Source: Adineta vaga (taxonomy: Eukaryota; Animalia; Rotifera). From it: a DNA stretch of 64,000 nucleotides. Each line of letters begins with the position of its first letter. Position 1 is the stretch's first letter. Both the position numbers and the translations under genes were made by a program. Below are positions 27,366 to 43,141 of the stretch, in pieces. The stretch spans positions 13,578,001-13,642,000 of the forward strand of contig CP075495.1 of the NCBI GenBank assembly GCA_021613535.1. Direction: 5' to 3'. Under the pieces are notes generated by a model that was not told the DNA's origin, made no database searches, and was given only the letters and a program-made list of their open reading frames with translations.

Positions 27366-30300
27366 TTTGTTAACAATTTCTGTTTTCTGTTATTAATAAA
27401 AAGAAAAATAACTGATCCATTTTTTCGATCAGAATCACATTTCGAAAAAGGAAGAAAAATCGATCTTGTTTTTTCTCCTACACATATACGGAAAAATATC
27501 GCGACATTTGACATATACCATCAATATTTATTTCTTTATAGAGAATAAAAGGGTATATATATATATGTGTGTAGATGGATTAATATAATAGCATTATTCT
27601 AACAAGTAGAAAGAAGAAATCAGTCTGATGTGTAATAACTGGATTTGAGCAAAGTGTGACGGCGAAAGAAGAAAAACAATCGATTCTTTTGCCGCCGTCT
27701 TCTTGTTATTACTTTCATTGATTAATATCAAATGAAATTATTTTTCTTTTCCTATTTTTCCGCAAATATCATGTGAATACTTGTTTAGAGTTCTTTATTG
27801 ATTAAATGAGTACATGATTGAAGATAAGAAAAACAACAAGATAGAAAGAATGATATGAATATACGTCTTCATTGATATTAATCGATCTATGATTATTACC
27901 AAACAAGTGTCGATAATAAAAAAGCAAATCAATTCGATAGATTACTAATCCATCGATCTTCTTTCTCAACTAATGACAATAAGATGATGATAGAAGATCT
28001 GTTTTGAGCATTCATACTTGATTCTTCTATGTTATTTATTTATCAGAGAAACGACCATACGCACACTGTTAAGAAAGAGATACCATCTGTAAATGTTCTG
28101 ACTATGATAGAAACAGATATGTTTTTATTGATATACATCATTATCATGTGAACTTCTCCATATACATCTTTCATCAAGATGCATCACAAGATCTATTACT
28201 AAAACAAATATAAATATAGAAATGGACATATGAAGAACAGTATGCTGTTATTTTTTCGTGTCAGGTTCTTTTTACTTCGACTGTGTAGAGAACAATATGA
28301 GAAACAGAGACATATATGCATATGAATAAGATTATATTGATAATCTTGATATCTAAATATCAATGGAAATTTGTTTTAGTACCACTTAACATTATTTCAT
28401 ATCTATCTATTCAAAAGGAATGCCATATTTTCCGAAAGAATGAAAGAAAATGTCGGACATTATTGTTGTGTGACGAGCATTATTAACTAACATGATAGTG
28501 AATGAACAATCGTTTATCAAACATATGAACTGTCACTGTCGTTTCTCGTTTTCTCTCTTTCTCTCTTCTTTCGGTTACTTTTCTCTTGAGCCTATGTATT
28601 CATTGTTGTAGTCACATTGTCTTTCTCGAGCAACAACGATGAGTGCTCGTCATCTTCATTCTCGTATAGGTTACGATGATACCACATACATTTGTGTTTA
28701 GTTGAGTAAAAAAAAGAGAAGAAAAAGAAGAGGAGAGAGAGAGGAAAGGAGAGAAGCTCTGAAGACTGGCGTTGTTATTAATGCTGTTCAAGATATGGGA
28801 AGAAATGGCAGTGAATGCGACAAAAACGACGTTTTCTACTGGCGTCACCGTCGTCGAAGAACAAGAACAGAAGTGAAGGACTATTGTTGGTTCCTACCGA
28901 AGCATTCGTACGCTCATAACAGGCAAAAAAAATAAAGAAAAGCAAAAGAAAAAAAGCCAGAATAAGAAGAAAAAGACGAAGACGATGAAAAGAAGAAGAA
29001 GAAGAAGAAAGAGAAGCATCAGCAGTAACAGAAGAAAATGAGGAATAGTAGTGGGAGAAGAAGGATGCTTCTAGTGCTGCTTGTTTGCTTACTAAAGACT
29101 AAGCTTTTTGTCGAGACAAACATGAAATCTACATCTATGTTGTATATGTAGTGATGCGTCGATTCGACTCGTCTTCCAAAGGAAACGATCGTGCGTCCGC
29201 ATTGAAGGATTCCGGTGAGAATTAGAGTATATGTGTAAGAAAGTGCGAAAAATTTGCCCTTCGTATTTCTTTTTCTTCTCTTGTTTAGAGACAGGCGCGC
29301 GCGTCCAACTATATACTTGTCAATAAATTTTTACTGAGTGAATGTGTAGTCAAACAATAAAACAGATAGTTAGACTATTTATATTTGAATTTGTACGTGA
29401 AAAAAAGCACTTTGTAAAACGATACTTCTTCTTTTGTGTACATTCGAGGCTTTCCTTTTTCTTTTTTCTTTTATTTTAGTAAATGAAGAATAATCAAAGG
29501 CAAAGTTAGTGTGTGCGTATGTGAAAGATTTCGTCAAGAAAACTAGATGAGATCGAACTAACTAACAGAAGACTATTTATACATTAGATTGATTATATAT
29601 GTATGTATACAAATGGTCGTTTTTGTTTTCTACAAATAAAAAATGATGACATCAAAGTGAACATCGATTACTTGTGGTAAGTTTGATTATACAATATGCA
29701 TATACTAATCATCTATTTACAGACAAATAAATAAATGAGAAAAAACGAGATATGATAGTTCATGATTCTTTCATATATATATATAGACATTCGCATTTCC
29801 AATTACTATCTTAGATTTCACTAGATCATTCAGTGGATTATTTATTTATTTACTTTGACTTTCTTCATTATCAACATTTGTTTAATTCGGTTTTTTCTTG
29901 ATCTACGATCGTTGAAATATATTTTGATAAGCATCTCGAATATCTATATTAGCAGATATTTCTTTCTCTCTTTCTCTCTATGTCGTTTGGCTGACAATAT
30001 TTATTTGTTTTTGTTTGTCATTTGATTATTTTACAGCTAACAGATGGTCATTTATTATTTGTGAACTTGTCTCATCAATTTATCAGAATCGATCTATACA
30101 CTAAGAATATCCGTTTCATATTCTTGTCAACGACAACAATTGAATTGAAGAGACAAAAGAAAAATGACAAAGAGAGAGAGAGAGATAGAGAAGAAGGAGA
30201 GAGAGAAAACATGTGCTATATATATGTAACATAATCAGTTCTATTATTAGGAAACACATTCAGACTTACAACGGAACATGATTATTGAGAAGAGATAGAG

Positions 30301-31073
30301 AGCGAACGAGGAAATGTGAATTGGGATATTCATTACTCGGACGCACGAGCGTAGATCGAGATCCGTCGAACTTACAAGCACTGCACACGATTCAACGCGT
30401 GTGTTGAGAGTCTAGGAACCAAGTGAATGTCAAAAAACAAATGATCAATTATCGGGCGAGCTTGCGAACACAAGCCTGTTTGTGTGCGCCCGGGCATCAC
30501 GCAGGAAAAGAAGAGAAGAAGAGAAGAAGAAGAAGAAGAAGTAGTTATTGGTGTAGTCGACGTCGAAGAAAGACAGAACAGATTTAGTCTTTGCGATGAC
30601 GACGACAACGCTGAAGTCGAGTAGTTCTGTATTGTAGTTTAGATGGAACAGGCTATAATTCAAAAGAAAAGAGATGTCGAAGAAAGAAGAAAAGAAACAA
30701 CTAGTCAGTAAGCAACAAAGTCAGAATTTTTCCTAATAAAATTTAATCTCTTAGTCAAATTGAAATTATCTTGTCTGTTGAATAATAAAAAGAAGAAGAA
30801 GAAGAAAAGGAATAGAATTTTTATTCTCATCACTATTGATCATTAATTATCTTCTTCTTCTTCTTTTTCTCCTTTATCTTTCTATGTTTCTTTTTTCTTG
30901 ACTAGTCAAAAACTTTTTATTTCTTTTTTTCAATTATTCTGCTTCATTTGCTTCTTCCACTAATATATACAGAATAAAAAGAAAATCATATCTAAGATAC
31001 AATTCAATTATCTGTCCCTTCTTTTTTTTCGTCTTTCTTGTAGCTTGAAAATATTATTATTGTGATTCTAATC

Positions 31074-34000
31074 ATGAGACAGAAAAAATCTGAACAACAA
31101 CATTATCATTCACGCGATGACTATGATCATATATCATCATCATCATTATCGTCATCAACAATAACAGCAGTAGCAGCAGCAACAACAACAACAGTAACAG
31201 AATTGTCATCTTACATTCAACTTCGAAATAAACCTACGAATATGTTAATTATATCTAAATTGAAACGATCACGTTTTTTCCCATTCGGACAGATTCATTC
31301 CTATATGATTATCATTTTAATCACTTCACTTTTCGTACTATTGACTTGTTTTATTCGATATTCTTCGAAACAAAAACATACAGATTTCGATTTAAATCAT
31401 CGTTTAAAAAGACAATTAATAACTAATCATATCGATATGAATGATAAACGACATTATACAAAAATGTTACGTGGAATGTTATCATATGGATTAACTTCAT
31501 CTGTCTTAGCTGATTGTACAATAAATATGGCACCTGATGGCATCTATTATCTACCTAAACCAAGGACTCTCTCATCCGAAACAATAGATCTAGTTGAAAG
31601 AACTTTTCACAAAGAATTTCTTGCATTAAAACAAACAGCTAATCGAGTTCGTCAAAATATAAATCAAAAATCGAATAGTTTAGGTGATTTCGGATTAGCT
31701 AAATTTCAAGATGAATATAGTACTCCCGCTCGTATTTTACTTAGTAGTTATTCATCAATTAAAGAAATTAATATCATGGTAGCTAAACCATTATCACCTG
31801 ATAATGGTGGTGCATATGTTTACTATGATACACTAAAATATTATCGTACTAACAATGATTCAACAGAAGATCGTATCGATTATGATTCCGTTCATAGTAT
31901 TCAATTAAAACAAAATATAAATATTATTTTACAAACATTTACAGCTGCTGATGCACGTGAAACATTAAAACAAGTCAATGATAATAGTAACAATACATTA
32001 TTTGATGATGGCTGGTGGATTGGACCTGTTCTATGTGAAAAAAATAAGAATGAAACTTTCCTAATGGCGCATGTTTTTCCTCTGACAATCAGGTAAACGA
32101 AGATTTCTCTATCGAAAGAAAACAATCTTTCATTTGTTTGTTTGGTTGGGGCTTTTGTTTTTTAGTTATTTTTTTGTTACTTATTTCAATATATCAACTG
32201 TTGATATCAATCAATGTGCTGCCGATGATGTACCATTTGGTGGTACACATAAGTGTCCAATAGGAATGAAAGTAAGAGAACAAAATAAGTAGAGAGAGAG
32301 AAGAAAGATTTGATTGAATATTTATTTTTAGTGTATCTATCAATCTGGTCGAGGTTTTACATTAGGTGCCTATCAATGTCATTGCTCAAATCCTCAAGAA
32401 AATACAAGTTTCACAGTCGATGGTAATGCATTAGAATGGAATGAAACAAGTGATAATAATTCATCAAAATTAAATACATGTAAATGTAATCCTGCATTAT
32501 GTGGATTAAATCAGAATAAATTTTTACGAACAGTAATCATTATTATTCAATCAATATTTATTGTTTTTGTTGCTATACTTGCTGCAATTATTTTTCAAAA
32601 ACGTAAAACAAAAATTATCAAACATTCAATGTGGATTTTACTTGAACTTATTCTTCTTGGTGCAGTTTTACTCTATGCATCAGTATGAAATTAAAAATTT
32701 TATTCGAAAAAAGAAAAATGAATTTAAATTTTCATTTCTTTCTAGGTTATTGTCGATAGTTTAGGTCCACATGGAATTGTTTGTTTAGTTATACCTTGGT
32801 TACGTGAATTAGGTTTTACAATTGTTTATGGAACATTAATATTACGAATTTATAAGTATGATTTCATTGAAAATATCAAATCATTATAGTTTATTTATTT
32901 CTTTTTTTTACCTTAGAATGTTAGCTGAATTTCAATCACGTAAAGCACATTGTGTTCAAGTTAAAGAAAAAGATATTTTACGTATATTATTTTTTATTTC
33001 AATTTCAATTATTGGTTATTTACTTGGTTGGACATTAGTTAATATTGATCATGCAAATGAAAATATATCGTTGGGAAAATATTTATTAGGAAATGGTTAT
33101 ACACTTAAAGATCAAACATATTTTCAAACATGTCGTCCACGTTCATGGGATTATCTACTGCAATTTGGTTTGTAGAAGATTTGATTAATGATGATTTATT
33201 TATTTGTTTGTTCTCTTGGTTTTAGCTGAATTTATTTTTCTTTGTGTTGGTATTCGTTTTATTTATAGTACAAGAACTGCTCCATGTGAATATCATGAAA
33301 GAAAACTAATAACTGTTGTTATCGTTTGTGAAATGCTTTTTTCAACTTTACTTCATGTTATAAGGTATATTATTCAAATATTTAATAATGAATCATATTA
33401 TATATGATGAAATTCTTTTCTAGAGATTGTTTATGGTCAAGTGTGAATCCTGATGCATTGTTTATTTTATCGGTATTACGATGTCATTTTACCGTGACTT
33501 GTATGCTTATTCTTATTTTTTGTACAAAGGTAAATTTGATAGGAAGAAAAGGATTGTTTTTTTGAAAAGAATCTATTAATTTAGTTGTGTTATATCTATC
33601 GACCATTTAATGAAGACTTTGTTGGACGAGATCGATTTCGTTCAGTTGCTGATGGTATTGAACCAGCAGATCTGCTTACAAAATTACATTTAAATGGTGA
33701 TGTCGAATTTGGTGAATTAAGTTTACGAGATATGGATCATGAAGAAATTCGAGTAAGATAAAAAAAAATTGAACACAAAAATATCAAATTTTCATATTTT
33801 TTTCTCAAAGGCGGAATTGAAACGTTTATATACATCATTACATGTCTTAAAAACAAAAACAATGCGTAAAGATAATCCTCATTTAACTAAACGACATGGC
33901 CAGCGACGAAAAAATCGTCGCTTTTCTATGCAAGCATTTCAACGGCATGGTACCAGTTCTGCCGGTACTGGTGGCAGTGCTGGTGTTAGTGTAGGAGGTG

Positions 34001-34224
34001 GAAATCTTAGTAGTATATTAAGTAGTAGTGATAAACATGATCATGATCCATTAAAAACACCGGAAGACAGTACCGGTAGTCATAATGAACATACACATCT
34101 GGGTGGAATGAGTTTTCATCGTGGTAGCATGGATGAAAGTGATGATGCTCATGGAAGAACATTATCAGATTTAACAACAACAATGGCAACGACAGGTGTC
34201 GGACAACGAGTTACATTTAAATAG
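31074..34224 (+). CDS. GPR158: GPR158/GPR179-like class C GPCR
   Basis: GWWIGP motif; Cys-rich DINQC...FGGTHKC...GAYQCHC; TM region PWLRELGFTIVYGTLILRIYKMLAEFQSRKAH; cytoplasmic MDHEEIRAELKRLYTSL...DNPHL. Start codon uncertain. Confidence 0.88.
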
Positions 34225-35251
34225 GTTACTTTTCTCTTCTCTTGTCTCCTTCTTTCGTGATCTATAATCTATATTTTGTTTTCTTTTTTTCTTTTTTCTT
34301 CTTCTCTTTGTTTGTTTGTCATCTGACGGTGATCAATTCCACTGTTTGATTGTGTAGATTTCTCATATATACGCGTCCGATAATATTATTTGTATTGTTT
34401 GTTTTTTTCTCTCTCTCTCTTTTTCTTTCTTTTATGCGCCTTGGTTTTTTCTTTTCTTTCTTATATTTATTTCTCGAGTTAATTACGCGTATGGATTCGA
34501 AAGAAAAGAAAAAGAAACAAACTATCACAAATTCAGTTTAGGAAAACTAATTATTAATGAAAAAATAAATTTCCATTTAGGCATTTATACTATAGTAATA
34601 ACAGAAAGTGATCATGATGTAGAGAACATTTCCTTAAATGTATATCTCAACAGATTAAAACGTGAAATTGACATGTTACTCTTTTGTCACTCTCTCTCTC
34701 TCGCTTTGTTGAGTCGATTTTATCATAAATGATGAACGGTTGACTTCATTCTATTACAGAATACGACTAATTTACGACGTGAAAGTCCAAGGATACATTT
34801 TTTTCTTTGTAACTAAAGAAGAAGTCAATTTAGGAATGTTAACATAATGACACTTTTCTTAGTCTAAAGAAAAATGTGACTAAACTTAAGAGAATGATGA
34901 AGAAAATGGGAGGAAAGTCTTGTCGTTAGGAACAATAGGAGGTATAGAGAAGTGAAGAGAAGAAGAAGAAAAAGATATATGCTGTGTCGGTCGTATCGTG
35001 TAAAAAGAATCGGCAGAAGTGTATGCTGACAACAGCACGTTTTCAAATATTTAACTACCAACACCAGCAGCATCATATCCATCTTTTCTTTGTTCATTGT
35101 GTACAGCTTCACTCTTCTCATACTTTCGTTTTTTTCTTCTCTCCTTCTTCTTTCTCTCTATTAACTCAAAATATACATCTTACATTCTTACATGTCGATT
35201 TCGATAAGATCAACCGAAAAGAATCTAACTACATCATATACATAACACAAC

Positions 35252-37827
35252 ATGAATGAGCGACGTTCTTGTCCTCATCGTGTTCAACAAAGATTTGAAG
35301 AAAAATTTCGAATATTAGAAGATGAACTAAAGCGAAAAAGTGATTCGATTAATACATTCAAGTATGTAAAAGAGATCCATTATCTTATTAGTTTTATTGT
35401 AATCTCATCAGAAAAATCTTTTTTTTTGATTATTCATACAAAACAATTGTATTTAGAAATGAAACCATTCCTTCCACTTCAAAAATTGATTCATCACATT
35501 CAACAATAGAACAATCGGTTAGATAGATTAATCGACTTAGAAAATTAATTATTAAAAGAAAAATCTTGTCATTTGAAGGTTGTTCATAATCCATCTCAAC
35601 GTTCGACTATGATTACTAATTCAAATTGGAATCTACTTGTAAGTAATCATGACAAAATCAATTTCATTTTCTTTCTTTCATATATATATATATAGACAAA
35701 AGATCGAGAAATTGCCAAATTAAAAGCATTAGTTTTTCAAAAAGATAATGAACTTATTGACTTAACAACAGCAAATAAAAATGCTTTGGTACAAGTTAGT
35801 TTATTCGATAAGATTGCAAGATAAAAGATTTGACTTATCTCTTGCTTTTTTTTTGTTTGAATATAGATGGAAGCACGAATGGAACGTGAAAGAAAGATAT
35901 GGAATGAACATAAAGAACTTTTATTAACCGGTGAACGAGCAAAATTTGAAGAAGAAAAAACTCGTTTACATAAAGATTTACAAGAACAATTAAAACTTGA
36001 ACAAGAACGTTGTCAACGTTTAGAACAAAAGCTATATACTGCACAAATGGTATGTAATTTTTTGTTGAAAAAAATATGTTCATTTATTCATTCACTCTTC
36101 ATTATTCTAGCAATCGAGTGAAGCTCAATTGATGTTAAAAGAACATGCTCGAGAACGAATTAATGCTGTCTATAATATCAAAGAACAATGTCGAAAAGAA
36201 TTTCTTGATGAAATATCTCGACTACGAAATCAATTTCAATTGGTATGTAACTGAGCCAAACTAAATAGAGATTTTTCAGATGAAAAGTAATCATATTATT
36301 GATAAAGCATTGCAAGAATTTCTCAACTTAATAAACTCAGTCAATATTGTATCATACATAAGTTTTCGTTCTCTCTCTCTATTCATATTTACAATAATTG
36401 AAGTTGATGCTTTACATATGAACATGATACAGTAATATAGAAATGACAAACAGAAGTTTTAGAAGTTAACTGAATCGGATATATATATATATATACATAT
36501 ATATAATCACTAGTCGTATTAAGGTGAATGAATGTATTAGAAATAATATTCATGATCCTTTCGAATATGTAAACTATTACATAAATATTCATCAATTCGA
36601 ATAGTATTGTATAGAACAATAGTTACTTACTCACTTACAATGTGCGTTTATTTTCGTTTCATCACTTTAACAGAGTTCATTCTTTGATATATCGGGTACT
36701 CAAGGACAAGAACATGGCAGTATTGTTAATCGATAGTTATGATATAGCTTAACAATCGAACTCATACCTGTATATTTCTGCTTAGGAAAGAGATAAAGAA
36801 TATGCTCGTCTACAAGAACGAATTCATGAATTAGAAAAAACATTAGATCAAGTTTCAAATGAATATACGGATATGTCTACACGTATGCATGAAATAATGT
36901 TAACTTTGGAAGTATCGGAAAAAACTTGTGTTCGATCTTTATACGATTGTATTAAAAAATTATTTATGGTAATGGAAAGTCCAACTCATTCCTATGCAAC
37001 AATTCCGTAAGAAAATGCATTGATCTTGTACTGTTTGATCTTATTTTATCTTTTTTTCAAAGAACGGTTACTTCATTTACGTATGATCGAGAATCATTAA
37101 TCGAACGATTGCCAACTCGAAATGTATTGGTATGTTTTTTATTTAATATTAAAAAGAACAATATTATTATTGTCTTCTGTTGAATAGAAATTACTACAAG
37201 ATAAAATTGATGAAATTAGAAATTATGTCATTGAACAAAAACGAAAAACAACAGAAAAATCAAAAATATTAATTGATCGTTTATCTGAAGATACAAAAAA
37301 TAGTAATCAGCAGAATTGTGATGAACCATCAAGCAATTCTTTATCGAAAATTTCAAAAGAAAATGATTCTTCTTTACTAAATGTAAATCTTTCATATCCA
37401 ATTGAAGACAATCATTATCAAACATCCTATAAATCACATAAACCTTCACAATTATCATCTCAACAAAATGATACAATTGATAATCTTGTACAAAGATTAG
37501 AGAATCATATTGCATTTGAACTTGATCGGTGTGTTGAACAAGAACAAGAAATCTCTCTTCTATTTCTATTCTTCTTTATTTAGTTTAACAAAACAACGTT
37601 TAACATTAAGTAGTTCAACTGCTCATGATAATTCTTCAACTTTGTATCATTACAAACAACCAAAAAAGGTATTGATATGAATAATATCTTCTAAAAACTT
37701 CAGTTATTTCTTTCTCTCTTCAAAGATAAAATCAGATTCAATTTGTTTGGATACAACTGGTGAATTTCAACATGACGAAAATTCTTATCATCAACAATCA
37801 AGATTTTCTCCTCATCTTGAACTCTAA
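35252..37827 (+). CDS. Uncharacterised coiled-coil protein (multi-exon)
   Basis: Successive GT-AG bounded E/K/R/Q-rich exons, e.g. MEARMERERKIWNEHKE...LEQKL and ERDKEYARLQERIHELEKTL. Stop 37825-37827. Confidence 0.7.
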
Positions 37828-37952
37828 AGATTTCAATCATCATTTCTATTCTTCAATGCATTTACATAAGAATAAATCGAACATTTCTTAACTTTCTGTG
37901 CATGTAATGATTTAAAATAAAAGCGCTTAACTTTTTTATCAATAATCTTTCA

Positions 37953-39848
37953 ATGCATTCACATACAATATCATCCGATTATATCAATGAATTTCGTACT
38001 TCCTTAAAACAATATCCACATATTTCCATTGACGCTGAACTTGATATGCTTAAACCAATGATACCATTAAATCAATGGAAGACAACACATAAAAGCAAAG
38101 ATGATTATGCTATTCGTGTTGCTCGTTTAGTTTGGTTAATATGGAAAGATATCGAATCGATTTGGCCAGATTTTCATCTTCATGATTATTGTTTATTCTT
38201 TGATTTAGAAAGAACAGATCAAGAATTTTATTATATTAATAAAGATATTGGAGAAATCTATAAATATTCGAAAATGATTCTTTTACAAATCGATACAAAT
38301 CTTTCTCAAATAATACAGAATGATTTCTATTCATGTATTTTTATTCAATCTCATTCTAATGAACCATTTCGACGACGAAAATTTCTTTGGCATCAAGATT
38401 GGATACCTGAATATCATCTTAAAGAACGACATTATGAAGATGATTTCGAATTTTTTAAAGATAATATTTGTCTCGGACAATTTGTAAATCAAATATTAAC
38501 AATAGAAGAAATTCATCAGAGATTTTCTCTGTTTGTTTTTTCTAGAGTTATGCTACAGCTCTACTTATTCGAGAATGGCTAGTTGAAAAATGTAAAGAAC
38601 ATCGTATTCATATCGAAAAAAATGATTTTCATCATAAATTTTCATCGATTATACGAGCAAACAATCCAATGGAGAAATATACGAATTATTTACCTCCAAC
38701 AGAAGTTCAACGTTTACATGTACAATTAGCTAATTCTTTATGTTGTGCTATGTAATATCTTATTCTTTATTAAATACTTTTTCGATAGTTTAAAGAAATT
38801 CTTTGTGTCTATTTATCTTAGTCTTCATTTAAATGATAATCAAATACATTTGAACGATGCATTAGCTCGTTTAATTCTTCTTAAAACTGATTATACAAAA
38901 GATTGGTATGATAATAATTGGTATTGTTCTTATAATGATGGTCTTCTTCGTTATCTTATGATGAATATATCATTGGTAAGTGTTTAAAAATAATCAAAAT
39001 CATTCACTATCATTTTTTATGTTAAGCATGGAACATTTGCAATGAATTTAAATTTAAAATTCAATTTTGAATATTATCAATTATTCATTCGACATCTATT
39101 CACTGATTGTGATAATCCCTTTCAAGGACGAATTTATGAAATAGCATCTATTCAATTTCTAACAGCTATACTTTGTGATCTTGGAGAAGATGATCCAAAT
39201 AGATGGAAACATTTCTATAATGGCAAAATCTTGCATACATTATTTAAATACCGTTTGAATTCTCAAGCAATTAAACCTGAAATACGTGATTGTAGACAAA
39301 TTGAAGCTTATTTCACTGAAACAATCATTCAATCCTATCATCATTTTAATCTTTTTGCTAAACAATTACAACATAAAGGAGCAAAATTTTGTATGTAAAA
39401 TTTTTTCTCCAATCAAATCAAATTTTTCGAAAATTTTCAATTGAAATTAGTAATTCTACCAAATGAAAGTCGTTTTATCAACTCATCAACATTATCTTAT
39501 TATGCACCGACTATGAAATATTTCTTGAATGGAAACATGTGGGTCAAATATATTTGTCATTTAGATTATTCATCGGAATATGGAATAATTCAATTGAAAA
39601 ATATATTAATTGGAGAAATCTGTTTGATGCATCATCATATATTTCTTATTGCATTACTTCAAGATACAATTCTGTCAACTAATCATTATTTAGTAATACA
39701 TTCAGATCAAATTCAAGCAAATTTACTTGTTAAAGAACAAGAAAATATTCGTCATATTTATTTTGTTGTCGATAGTCATAGACAAAATGATTATTCGAAT
39801 ATTTTCATTCAATCAAACGAATCAAATAATAAATGTATGATTTCTTGA
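37953..39848 (+). CDS. Uncharacterised protein, no recognised domain (3' end uncertain, may extend to about 40003)
   Basis: Long open exons (37953-38582, 39042-39398, 39441-39848) with coding-type composition, separated by intron-sized gaps. Confidence 0.65.
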
Positions 39849-42047
39849 AAAAGAATCAATGTTATTTCAATAGATAAAAAAATGTATTTTGTTCCGCTTC
39901 TTGTGATTTCAATTGACAACATTTTCTTTAGCATAAAAAAAAAGTAACGAAGAACAATATCTCACCTTCATGGTGAAAGAGAAATATGGTTACACTATGA
40001 TTGATTTCTGTTTCGAAATAAAAATAATCATCAGATGTAGTTTATTATTTTAATAGACATCATTTTCTTTTTCTCTTCTCTTTGACGAATCGATCTAAAG
40101 AATAAGTACATTTTTATCATCATCTGTATTGAATGATGATGAGCACCACAAGTGCGCATTTTAGTTAAAACAACAACCAAATAGAAACTACATACAGACA
40201 AAAAAAAGAGAGAGCGATATCAAAAGCGGCCCGCATACTGTTTGATCACTTTCCTGTCATCTTCTTCATTCAATGTGCTCTTCTCTTTCTCGTGTCAACA
40301 TTCATTCTGTTCTTTGATTGGAACATATTTAGTATATATATATATATATTTATACAAATAAATGATGGCGTTTGTTTTTCTATAGATGTATTAAGATTGT
40401 TACATATTTGATTTTTCAGCATCTTGTAATTACTTCTACAAATCAAATCGATCATTAACGTTTTTTCAGGTGTATGCATACTCAAATGAAAGAAAAAGAA
40501 TCGATGTTTTTATCTCAAAGGTGTCATAAATAGAGATGCGCTTTGTAGAAATATGGCGGTATAAATACTTTTATTCTTTTTATGCACACTCTTTCGTTGT
40601 TGTCCTTTAATGGTCGTTTATTTATGTACGAGATTTACACGGCACTATATATGTATATGTGTATGTTTATCTTAGAAAGAACAACGACGGAGACTGTGAT
40701 CTTCAGCATTTCATATCTTGTGTATATGTAATTAGAAAATGAGTTTTGAATCTCTCTCTCTCTCTTTCTATTGTTCTATAAACATATACAAATATATATA
40801 TATATATATATTTGCTATTCATGAACAATAACATATCTTCGACAGAAATGAGAAATAGTTAATCTATGAAAATTATTATTATTCTTTAATCTTAAATATC
40901 TTCTTATGAAAGAAAAAGAAAAGAAGAGAAAAGAAAACATGATATGATTTTTCTTTCCTATCAACCAGGTTTCTTTTATTACATCTCGATGTCAAAATTG
41001 AAATTGACTTTTTCTTGCTGTCATTGCAACTAGTTAAAAAAACATATACATAAACAACGGAAGTCGCATAGAGAAAGTTAATTTTTTCTTTAACTATAAA
41101 TCTTCGTCACATATTTCAATATAGACACGAAATGAATACTTTAGACAAACAAACGATTCCGATTGTTTGTCTTGCTTTAGGCAGTTGCTAGAAGATGTAC
41201 CGCACACACATATACACATAAGTTTCGACAATGAACTATTACAATAGTAGTAGTAGTAGCAGCAGCAGCAGCCAAGTGATGTGTTTGATGTCCACATATA
41301 TACATATTTATATTTTGTTTCCTCAAGAATTCATTGTAGAATAACACTAATATATATAAAAGCCTGAAGATAAAAACGAATTTACTCGACGGCACACGTA
41401 TGTCCCCATCATTAATTATTTATGATGATGAACATGTAAATTTTCATTCGGATTAAAATTTCATTGGTTAAAAAGAAAAAGAAGAAACCATAATCGGAAG
41501 AAAAACATCGAAAAATCTCTAGTCAATTACATCATACTGTTCGATCGAACATTCCATATCTGATGAGAATTATCGTGATAGAGCAATAAGAAAACAAGCC
41601 CGAGGACATCAGGAATGTTTATATGATGCTCTACTAATGTATATGAGAATAGGCAAAATAAGATACAAATCACATAATGCTGTTGAAAAAGAAATTATCA
41701 AATTGCATATCGACACGCACACCATGAAGCTTATCATTGTAAAACAAGTGGTCTGTATGGTTTTTTTGTCTTCTTCTTTCCTCGTCTTCATCGAACTAGA
41801 TTGTTTGTTTATATTCGATCATAAATTATAAACGTTATGATTATAGATGTGTTTCAAAGATAGGTGACACTTATATTATTTGTTACATATGCAAGAGAAA
41901 TTGATTATTTCCATATAGACAGATAAATCGTTGTTATTTAAAAAAAACACTGAATTGACAAGAGACTTTTTTGGAATGAAAAACAAAACAAGAAGAAAAA
42001 ACACACACGTTTGAATATTTATTTTTTGTTCAGTGTTCTGTGAAGTT

Positions 42048-43141
42048 TTATTTTGTTGAAAAATGTCGATCATAGACAGGATTAAGACCAAAACTATTTG
42101 TTAATAACGATAAATATTGTGGAGGAATTGACGATAAATATGGATTATTATTATTATTATTATTATTGTTATTATATCGACAAGGAGATAATGACGAATC
42201 AACAGATTTGCTTTCTTTACTTGGTGCAATTAATGTATCAATAGATGAAAATGCTGAAACTGTTTTGATTTTTTTCTTATTATCATTCTCAGGTGTTGGT
42301 GAACGTCGTCGTTTTTTTGTATCTAATGAATCGATTTTAAGAAAAGAATATTGATCATAATTGCTGGTTTGATTTATATCGTCATCATCATGATGTGATG
42401 ATATTAATAGTGAATTATGATTGGATTCGGATGATGAGAGAGACGATTCATCTAAAGGTATTGATGATGATGTTGAAGGAGGTTTTTGTATACTTGATAT
42501 CATTTGTTTTGGTCGACGTTTACGACGACGATAATTGCCATTTTCAAACATTTCATCACATTTCGAATCTAATGTCCAATAACTTCCTTTACCTGGTTTA
42601 CCTGAATATAAGAAAAAAAGAAAAGAAAACGAAAAAATGTTGTTGCTTTTTTTTCTCTTCATTAAACAATGCTAATACCTTTTTCTCTTGGTACTTTTAT
42701 AAAACAATCATTTAATGATAAATTATGTCGAATTGAATTTTGCCAACCTTGTTTATTTTCATGATAATATGGAAAACGTTCCATAATAAACTGATAGATT
42801 CCATTTAGAGTTATTTTATGATGAGGTGCATGTTTAATTGCCATTGCAATTAGTGCAATATATGAACTAAAAGAGAGAAGAAGATGAAAATAAATATGCT
42901 GAAGACATAAATTCTATTCGTACTAAGGTGGTTTTTGATGTTGTTCACGTTTATCCGATGGTGATTGAGAACGAAGAAGATAGTTTCTTAATAGAGCATA
43001 AGATTCTGGTGATAATTGTTCATTGGTTAATCCAGGTGTAGAGGGATTTCCCGTTGCGGCATAGAATAGATGTGGTGCACCTAGTGCTGCAGCTGTTGCA
43101 GCTAAGTATGCTTGTTGTAAATGATGTGATGATGAAATCAT
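42048..43141 (-). CDS. FoxL1: Forkhead transcription factor FoxL1
   Basis: Three exons give [101 protein letters not shown] and [10 protein letters not shown] are FoxL1-like; eh1-like FSSIDTLI near the C-terminus. Confidence 0.9.
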
